Shown: piece by piece, positions 57,851 through 64,000 of the stretch
How positions within the stretch are numbered: position 1 is the first letter of the stretch
How the letters are laid out: each line of letters starts with the position of its first letter
Source of the DNA: a virus
DNA: 64,000 nucleotides
Virus record (IMG/VR): IMGVR_UViG_3300042893_000474
Span: 29,700-93,699 of that record
Reading direction: 5' to 3' (one strand)
The notes under the pieces: generated by a model
The model's database searches: none
Seen by the model: only the letters and a program-made list of their open reading frames with translations
What the model was told of the DNA's origin: nothing
Made by a program: the position numbers and the translations under genes

Positions 57851-58399
57851 TTAAAGTATTGTGTGGCTAGTATATCGTTTATTGTTACCATTTCTAACCT
57901 CATCACACCACTTTGCCAAATTACTTATCTGAACTCCATTATGTAGTTTGTTAATAAAGTAGTGAGCTTCTTGTACAAAAGCCATACTGTTAGTTCTTTT
58001 AAGATTGTCTAGATATAAGTCTACACCTGCTAAAATCTCTTCTTTGGTATAGTCGTATTCTGCTAGAAATAGATGCATCTTTTTAACGATTGCTTTCATG
58101 TTTCCACCTTTTCCTGCTATTCCAATATTTTTAGCACTAAACTTATTAGTAAACTCTTCTACCCAATCAAGCAATCCAACTACTACTGATGAAGTTACTT
58201 TTCTGGCTGTCTTTTTAGGCTCTTGGTCACTTAGATTAACACCTCCAATAGACGCCTCAAGCTCTAGGATTTCTAGAGCTTTTGGTGTCCAAAATGTAGT
58301 ATTTTTCTTAGTAACTAAAAGACCTTCATCAAACCATTTTTGTAGGATTCCCTGTTTCTCCAACAGGCTCCACATTGTCTCGTAAAATGTCTTTTTCAT
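57851..58399 (-). CDS. hypothetical protein (possible helicase loader/replication protein)
   Basis: 182 aa directly upstream of the helicase; KKM..F...Y......I..A...Y...AHYFI.K motif. Confidence 0.55.
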   Translation of the reverse strand: MKKTFYETMWSLLEKQGILQKWFDEGLLVTKKNTTFWTPKALEILELEASIGGVNLSDQEPKKTARKVTSSVVVGLLDWVEEFTNKFSAKNIGIAGKGGNMKAIVKKMHLFLAEYDYTKEEILAGVDLYLDNLKRTNSMAFVQEAHYFINKLHNGVQISNLAKWCDEVRNGNNKRYTSHTIL

Positions 58400-58637
58400 T
58401 GTTAGTTAGTTGTTTTAGATGAAGCTTTTTCTTTAGCGGGGTATCAAAATTAGGGATGTGTTCTGAAATTTGCAAGTCATTTTTTGCATTATTATCCCCC
58501 TCATTCCAATCTACTAAAGATTCTTCATAGGCTCTTTTTGCCAAGAGAAAATCTGGACTTGTATCCAGACTCTCTCCATAGCAATTAAACGATAAATTAT
58601 TCACAGCCTTCATTAGGTATGTTCCAAGTGCTTTCAC
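58329..58637 (-). CDS. hypothetical protein
   Basis: Fills the gap between neighbours; the start may be the ATG at 58613. Confidence 0.5.
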   Translation of the reverse strand: MKALGTYLMKAVNNLSFNCYGESLDTSPDFLLAKRAYEESLVDWNEGDNNAKNDLQISEHIPNFDTPLKKKLHLKQLTNNEKDILRDNVEPVGETGNPTKMV

Positions 58638-59976
58638 AACAGTCGCAAGTAACGTATAGCAATAAACTATTATCCACCTCTACAGGTCCCCAACAATTAG
58701 GGCAAAGTAAATCTGTTAAAGCTTCGTCAATATCACTCTGTACGGATGGTTCGTTGTCTACGTAAGATGGATAACCAATCGTATGAGTTAGATACTTGTC
58801 TCTGAGCTCTAACAAGTGCAAATCAGGATACATTTCATTGAAATAGTCGTCTTGGTCCTTACAATCTAGAGGAAGTTTAATGGCTCCTGCAGGTGTGTTT
58901 GCTATGTAAGAGTTTACTTTAACTTTCTCATCCTCTAAGTCATCAAACAAGTCAAAGCTTTTGTCAGCTTTTGCACCCCAGCTATACCCAGTACCATAAG
59001 TACCATAGCTTCCATAACCGCTGTAACGAGTGTTCTCATACACAGGAATTTCTGCTTTGTGTTGCCAAACTTTGTCTACGCCCATCTTCAGTAATTCATA
59101 ACCAAAGTTAATTGCATTTTCAAAGTGAGGTATAGAAATCATCTCGTTGTCACCATGCTCATTGATGTAACCACAAGATACGTTCATTGCTACACAATTT
59201 ACCGTATCGTACTTCTTTAGACCACCGATGTCTGTACAACTGCCGTTGTTTTTCTTGTACATATACTTATCCATGATAGAGCCAGCAGCTGTTACAAACT
59301 CATCACTACATACGGTAAGACCATTTGTGTAAGTAATTAAGTCATTCTTGTAAGAGTTCCTGTCTAGTTGGACAAGCATACTGCAATCTGTAAAGAAGTG
59401 TTTGTCTGCTTTGTAAGTACCTATAAGACCTACCTCCTCGTCTTTGGGGAAGAATAGTTTTATATTGTCAAATAAATCAAACATGTGTACTGCAAAGTAG
59501 ACACCGACTTTATCGTCTGCACCCATACCGCACTGTTCTGCTTCTTCTGTGTCAAAGCCAAACATCCAAGGATATGCAGTCATAATTTTAACATTATGTC
59601 TTACCTCTTGGTTGATGTCTGTATGTGCTACTACACAAGGATAGAATTCAGCATTACCTTTAGTTACGTATAAGTTTCCATAGGCATCTTTGGTAGTAGT
59701 TGCACCTAAAGTAGAGAAATGAGTTTGTAGTTTCTCAATGAACTTATCTTGAGCTGGTCCCTTAGAATAGGTTCTCATGTCAAGTAGCATTGTCAATTTC
59801 TCATAGTCAGGCTTTATTTCTAGATGCATATTAGGTATAGCCGTTAGAGACTCTACTTTAATTACATCTCTTGGTGGAGTTTTAGTTACTTGTAACTTAA
59901 CTTTATTTCTGTTTTGTCTTGTTGCGTTTTTCAAATTTTCTATTTTTCTAATTGTGTTGTTAACCCAGTTGTTCAT
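58597..59976 (-). CDS. M20/M28-family zinc peptidase/amidohydrolase
   Basis: D.YGNLY, VAHTD, GADDKVG, DEEVG, QLDR, TD, GY.NEH metal-binding motifs; C-terminal CPNC...CDCC ribbon. Confidence 0.85.
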   Translation of the reverse strand: MNNWVNNTIRKIENLKNATRQNRNKVKLQVTKTPPRDVIKVESLTAIPNMHLEIKPDYEKLTMLLDMRTYSKGPAQDKFIEKLQTHFSTLGATTTKDAYGNLYVTKGNAEFYPCVVAHTDINQEVRHNVKIMTAYPWMFGFDTEEAEQCGMGADDKVGVYFAVHMFDLFDNIKLFFPKDEEVGLIGTYKADKHFFTDCSMLVQLDRNSYKNDLITYTNGLTVCSDEFVTAAGSIMDKYMYKKNNGSCTDIGGLKKYDTVNCVAMNVSCGYINEHGDNEMISIPHFENAINFGYELLKMGVDKVWQHKAEIPVYENTRYSGYGSYGTYGTGYSWGAKADKSFDLFDDLEDEKVKVNSYIANTPAGAIKLPLDCKDQDDYFNEMYPDLHLLELRDKYLTHTIGYPSYVDNEPSVQSDIDEALTDLLCPNCWGPVEVDNSLLLYVTCDCCESTWNIPNEGCE

Positions 59977-59980
59977 GGCT

Positions 59981-61555
59981 TTAAATTAAGTTTAAGTTTA
60001 AGTAAGCGTCAAGATCTGGTTTATACCATATCTCTCCTTCGTGTTCTTGAGTAACCTTTATTGGATAATAATTACCGTTGGTAGCCTGTAAACATTCTTC
60101 GGGCTTGTAATAGGAATCGTTCCACTCAATAGCCTCAAAGTTGGTATTACTCATTAGGAAATAACCTCCACTAGCGTATTCATACATGTCTTCATCATCG
60201 TGGTGAGCATAAGAACCATCCACTAACTCTACTGCATCTTCAGCTAAGATATAGTTATTGTCCCAGTCTCTAATTACTTCTGAACTTAGTACCCAATCAC
60301 TAATGCTTTCTATATAAGTAGCATTATCACGAGTTATGTAAGTGCTATGATGATCTGAGTACACACTGCAACGAGAACAAATATTTTCGTTATAGTTGTC
60401 GTCAGTACGTAAATCTACATAACAAGTGTCATCTTCATCCATCTCCCTACCACAAGCATGACACTCTGCTGAATTATCGCTACCTACTTCTTCATAGCTA
60501 CCTGCAGTATCATTTAGGAGTAGGTACTCAGACGAGCTATCCATGTTAGATACTTCGTTACTAAGAATGTTATAATCTGAAGTCAAGAACTTTAAGCTAT
60601 CCATGTAAGGGTAGTGACGATGATTTAGAAGTACTCTTTTGTTGATGTCAAGATTTGTAGTGTCTTGCTTTATTACAACTTCTTCATGGGGGAAATATCC
60701 AGGATAACAAGTTTTAATACCTTGAACTAAGAAGAAAGCTTTCATTCTATCTTGTATAAGATCTGAAGTAGCATAAATCCTGTCGTAGTAATCAGTAGTT
60801 CCAACTGTCCACACTAAAGCTCTACCTTGTACTTTACCTTCTTGGTTTAGTAATACGGCCATCTTGCAGATGTTTAGGTTCTTTGTGTAGATGTCTAGAT
60901 ACCCATTGGTTCTATCATAGCGCATACAAGAGTTACCTAAGTTACCTGAAATAGAAGCATAGTTCTTTTCGTGATACAGTTCTGCAATCCAATGACCCTT
61001 TACATAGATTACTTCACCAGAATCTCCCTGCCTAAATCCTTCGATACGGAATCGATTGTTGAATTGGTCAAAGTCTGTTTCGGTAAATAGTTCTGCAAGG
61101 TTGATAATAGAAACTTCTTCAAGGGACATCCCTTTAAACTCAAGTTCTTCTCTTACAAAACCCTCTAAGCAAGTCAGATGAGGAATTGAAGAAAGTAACT
61201 TCTTAACTACTTTACCTGCACCGCTGTGATAACGGTAGTCTTTGTCTTCCCAAATCCTATGTCCTTGTCCACTGTCGTAAGCTCTAGAAACCCTGTCATA
61301 CGTCATATAAGACAGTTTAGTAGGGTCATCTATACTTATTCCAAGATAGTTTAAGTTAGTAGGTATTTTGGGGATAGATGCTCCAAAACCATGAGTAAGC
61401 TTTAGGATAGCGGCAGCAATTCGATTGTCATTGATAGCCGTAAGTCGTATACTTAGATCCTGAGATATGTTCAGGTAATCATAAGTAATAACTGGCTGAG
61501 GAACTTCTACAGCAATTCCTTCTGTTAAATTTGGTTCATTTTCAAAATCTGGCAT
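59981..61555 (-). CDS. conserved phage protein with SCM...GRALVW...DRIY...YPYMD motifs and Zn ribbon
   Basis: Motifs seen directly; C-terminal CHAC...CSRC and acidic repeats. Function unknown. Confidence 0.65.
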   Translation of the reverse strand: MPDFENEPNLTEGIAVEVPQPVITYDYLNISQDLSIRLTAINDNRIAAAILKLTHGFGASIPKIPTNLNYLGISIDDPTKLSYMTYDRVSRAYDSGQGHRIWEDKDYRYHSGAGKVVKKLLSSIPHLTCLEGFVREELEFKGMSLEEVSIINLAELFTETDFDQFNNRFRIEGFRQGDSGEVIYVKGHWIAELYHEKNYASISGNLGNSCMRYDRTNGYLDIYTKNLNICKMAVLLNQEGKVQGRALVWTVGTTDYYDRIYATSDLIQDRMKAFFLVQGIKTCYPGYFPHEEVVIKQDTTNLDINKRVLLNHRHYPYMDSLKFLTSDYNILSNEVSNMDSSSEYLLLNDTAGSYEEVGSDNSAECHACGREMDEDDTCYVDLRTDDNYNENICSRCSVYSDHHSTYITRDNATYIESISDWVLSSEVIRDWDNNYILAEDAVELVDGSYAHHDDEDMYEYASGGYFLMSNTNFEAIEWNDSYYKPEECLQATNGNYYPIKVTQEHEGEIWYKPDLDAYLNLNLI

Positions 61556-61607
61556 AATAACTTTTTTTGTTTTAGGTTAGTTTTTCTTATTGTTTAGTTA
61601 TATCGAG

Positions 61608-61645
61608 ATAAAAAAGAAAAAGAGGACCCTTTTGGAGCCCTCTTT
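61608..61645 (-). terminator. intrinsic terminator
   Basis: Minus strand AAAGAGGGC(T)CC-AAAA-GGGTCCTCTTT followed by TTCTTTTTT. Confidence 0.65.
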
Positions 61646-61670
61646 GTAGATGGTTGAGAGTAATCTGTGT

Positions 61671-61982
61671 TTATTTACTTTGTAGGTAGGCTTCCACGCC
61701 TTTCCAAAATTCAAAAACCATTCCTAGTCTTTCTAGAGCTGCTCCATTCAATCCCTCGAGCTTTTCCTTAGGTAAACTTTCAAAAGGACTTTTAAACGGC
61801 CTAATGTGAGCTAAAGCACATGCTTTTGCAATCTCTTTACCTAGAGTAGGAGATAATTGTGTTACAGCATCTGTGATTTGTGGGTTTACTACTTCAAAAA
61901 ACATATCAAAGATTTCGTTTCCTTTTTTTTCTACTGCCTGATTCATTTGTTCAGGAGTAAATTCTGGCATTACATTTTCCAT
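61671..61982 (-). CDS. hypothetical protein
   Basis: 103 aa; AK.CAL...FW..V...L motif. Confidence 0.65.
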   Translation of the reverse strand: MENVMPEFTPEQMNQAVEKKGNEIFDMFFEVVNPQITDAVTQLSPTLGKEIAKACALAHIRPFKSPFESLPKEKLEGLNGAALERLGMVFEFWKGVEAYLQSK

Positions 61983-61992
61983 ATTATTTTAA

Positions 61993-62250
61993 TTATTTTT
62001 TTGGTATTTCAAAACTTCCTGTGATGTATGCAAATCGTTCTGTTACTATAATTTGACCATAGCCTATGTTTTCGTTATGTAGGTTGTAATGGTCGTTTTT
62101 AATAAATTTATTTACTAACATATCTTCAATTATTGGATCTTTTAATAAACCCCAATTCTCGCCATCTTTTTGTAAGATACTAATTAACTCACTCTTACCT
62201 TTGCCTGAGGAATATTGTATTTTGTACATTTCTGAACCTGTTAACATCAT
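61993..62250 (-). CDS. hypothetical protein
   Basis: 85 aa, ATGA-coupled to the upstream gene. Confidence 0.55.
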   Translation of the reverse strand: MMLTGSEMYKIQYSSGKGKSELISILQKDGENWGLLKDPIIEDMLVNKFIKNDHYNLHNENIGYGQIIVTERFAYITGSFEIPKK

Positions 62251-62450
62251 TTTTCGTGTTTTCTTTTATAGGTGTCATTTTTCAATTGCTTGCCGTCTTT
62301 TCTCCTTTGCCAAATTAAGTGCAATTGCCAACGATACCAATCCCGCAAATTTATGTTATTTAAGTTACAATAATCTACAAACTCAGCTGTTATTTTGCCT
62401 TGTAATGATTGTAATTTACGCATAGTTGGTGTGTCTACTTTATTAGTCAT
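62247..62450 (-). CDS. hypothetical protein
   Basis: 67 aa, translationally coupled on both sides. Confidence 0.55.
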   Translation of the reverse strand: MTNKVDTPTMRKLQSLQGKITAEFVDYCNLNNINLRDWYRWQLHLIWQRRKDGKQLKNDTYKRKHEK

Positions 62451-62644
62451 TAAATGTGATTTTTGTTACGATTCTCTTCCTTTTTTTCGTAATACTCTAA
62501 TGGGTGTATTGGACAAGCAAAGCAAATAGGCCTTTGTTGACTTAAAGGCCTATCGCATACAGGACAAGCAAATCCAAAATACCTACGTTCTTCTTTTTCG
62601 TAAGTTGTCTCACGATACTTGTTAGTAGGTTTCTTGTCAAACAT
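62450..62644 (-). CDS. small zinc-finger protein
   Basis: CPVC...CFAC, TAATG coupling. Confidence 0.55.
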   Translation of the reverse strand: MFDKKPTNKYRETTYEKEERRYFGFACPVCDRPLSQQRPICFACPIHPLEYYEKKEENRNKNHI

Positions 62645-63087
62645 TACTTCTTTCTTTTGTTCTTGTTACCACTTCTAAGTGGGGCTTGAGTAGAACTTAC
62701 AGAAATAGTTGTAGGGGCACTTAAAGTAGCAGCAGGAGTGATAGTTTCTTCGACTACCTCACTAGTAACTTCTTTAGTTGCTTTTGTTGCTTCTAATTCT
62801 GCAGTAAGAGCTGTTGCTCTGTCGTTAATTACTTTAATTCCTGCTTTTAGTGATGCAACTTCTTCTTGTAATTTGCTTTTGTCTTCTTTTAAGCCCAATA
62901 GTTTCATACGAAGTTGAGAGATTTCCTCAAAACGATTTAAACTTTCTTTACAATAAAAAGTAGCAGAAGTAGTCTTTTGTTCTAAAGAATCTTCTAGTTC
63001 TTTGACTCTTCTGATTAAAGCAATGATAGCTCCAGTTCCGATAAGGAATAAAACTGCTAGTCCGATAATGATGTTGATTTGATCCAT
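62644..63087 (-). CDS. membrane-anchored coiled-coil protein
   Basis: N-terminal TM helix, heptad-rich middle, basic tail. Confidence 0.65.
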   Translation of the reverse strand: MDQINIIIGLAVLFLIGTGAIIALIRRVKELEDSLEQKTTSATFYCKESLNRFEEISQLRMKLLGLKEDKSKLQEEVASLKAGIKVINDRATALTAELEATKATKEVTSEVVEETITPAATLSAPTTISVSSTQAPLRSGNKNKRKK

Positions 63088-63155
63088 AGGTGTGTTTTTA
63101 GTTTTTAGGTTTATAATGTTGCAAGTTAATATCTTCTGTTATATAATGCAAATAG

Positions 63156-63326
63156 TTAATTGTTAAGTTTACGTTTTGCCCTTCTGTATGCATTTGAAGC
63201 AGCATTTCTACTTATACCTAACTTATCACCTGATTTAGTAAAAGTGTACTCTAGCTCATCCCGAAGAATGAGCATACAGTACTGTTTAAGTGTAAATCCC
63301 TGTAAGTCAAATTTTATCTCGTCCAT
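63156..63326 (-). CDS. 56-aa stand-alone sigma-70 region-4-like HTH protein (missed by ORF track)
   Basis: MDEIKFDLQGFTLKQYCMLILRDELEYTFTKSGDKLGISRNAASNAYRRAKRKLNN*; ATGA overlap with the upstream stop. Confidence 0.75.
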   Translation of the reverse strand: MDEIKFDLQGFTLKQYCMLILRDELEYTFTKSGDKLGISRNAASNAYRRAKRKLNN

Positions 63327-63664
63327 CAGATAGAGTTTCTAAACTGATCCACTTTTCTTAAGTCAGACTTAACTTCAGCTTGTTTGTGGTGTCTTTCTTT
63401 CCACTTGGTTCCTCGTAGTTCAGGATTGTGTTCCTGTAATTTTCTACGAGTCCTAGTGATAAGGTCAGAAGATACTAATTTTGATTCAGCAAATTTCTTA
63501 AGAAAGTCCATAGCACTTAGTTTTACTAGATTCGGATAGTAAGTGTAGTAGTACGTTGCTACAAGTAACATATCATCATCCTTAGTTCTACTATACTTAG
63601 TGAGAAGTCTTGTGACGTTTTCTGTTACGTCGTGGTCAAAAAATTCTAACTCATCGTTGCTCAT
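63326..63664 (-). CDS. hypothetical protein
   Basis: 112 aa; TKDDD.LL...ITR.RRKLQE.NPELRG motif. Confidence 0.7.
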   Translation of the reverse strand: MSNDELEFFDHDVTENVTRLLTKYSRTKDDDMLLVATYYYTYYPNLVKLSAMDFLKKFAESKLVSSDLITRTRRKLQEHNPELRGTKWKERHHKQAEVKSDLRKVDQFRNSI

Positions 63665-63912
63665 TTGTTACCTCCGTATGTTTCGTTGTAGTATTGTTCA
63701 CCAGTTATTGGTAATGTACTTTCAGGATAATCAATTCCATGAACTGTTCCTTTGTTGTATGCAGTTTCAATTCTTTCCTTCTCCATTTCTTTGGCTTCTC
63801 TGATTTCCTCTTGATGGTCTATGTAAAAAGTAATTGCTTGTGGTATGCCTAACTTCATTGCTAACTTTCCACATAGAATGTCCACTGCCGTTTGGTGTTT
63901 ATTGTTTGTCAT
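63661..63912 (-). CDS. small hypothetical protein (QTAV...AKEMEK...EQYYNETY type)
   Basis: Motif recurrent in small proteins of Bacteroidota phages. Confidence 0.7.
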   Translation of the reverse strand: MTNNKHQTAVDILCGKLAMKLGIPQAITFYIDHQEEIREAKEMEKERIETAYNKGTVHGIDYPESTLPITGEQYYNETYGGNK

Positions 63913-64000
63913 AGTTGTTTTTTAATTTCTTCTTGCCAAGCAGTGGGTAAATCTGTACATGAAATAACAATTTCATTACCTCGACAGTCTGAATCTGCTT
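63909..64000 (-). CDS. 3' end of a hypothetical gene truncated by the window
   Basis: Open frame ...ADSDCRGNEIVISCTDLPTAWQEEIKKQL* ending in an ATGA overlap with the 63912 start. Confidence 0.5.
   Translation of the reverse strand, partial: ADSDCRGNEIVISCTDLPTAWQEEIKKQL

Noticed and set aside
49128-58678. DnaA-box-like TTATCCAC sites
   Set aside because: Two isolated 8/9 matches inside coding sequence, as expected by chance; no origin-like cluster.
1-64000. Stop-codon reassignment (TAG or TGA), known in some crAss-like phages
   Set aside because: Genes up to 8 kb are open in the standard code, and TAG (6006, 17749, 50710) and TGA (2343) end genes at tight junctions.
1-64000. tRNA, rRNA, CRISPR array, integrase, transposase, intron or intein
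   Set aside because: Intergenic gaps are short and explained by promoters and terminators. No repeat-spacer array is seen, and the polymerase, helicase and RNAP motifs appear uninterrupted. An exhaustive scan was not possible.

Overview
A 64-kb segment of a lytic, AT-rich crAss-like (Crassvirales-type) dsDNA phage that probably infects a Bacteroidota host. The host inference rests on TTG-N19-TAnnTTTG promoters, A-rich leaders without Shine-Dalgarno sites and Q-rule signal peptides. The standard genetic code is used. The plus-strand block (1-37194) holds the 5'-truncated tail stabilization/'muzzle' gene, a ferritin-like gene, cargo/internal virion genes punctuated by a recurring hydrophobic-x-x-G-G motif, three giant ejection proteins (2311 aa with a PD-(D/E)xK nuclease; 2686 aa virion RNA polymerase with DYDID; 2145 aa with a HExxH zincin), a fibre gene, holin, spanin-like pair and a secreted sugar-non-specific nuclease. 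The convergent minus-strand block (37237-64000) holds a tail-fibre operon, GroES, replication/recombination genes (exonuclease, NinB, family A polymerase, NinG, DUF932, UNG, DnaA-C HTH, primase, SSB, Sak4-like ATPase, DnaB-like helicase), an M20/M28 peptidase with a Cys-motif neighbour, and small genes. The most striking observation: the three giant proteins (7142 aa) contain only four cysteines, all at the termini that face each other in gene order, which suggests a head-to-tail disulfide-linked ejection chain. Other notable items are a signal-less beta-barrel-like cargo module, repeat-flanked accessory cassettes on the giant proteins, and two small genes missed by the ORF track. All family calls come from motif recognition by eye; no searches were run.
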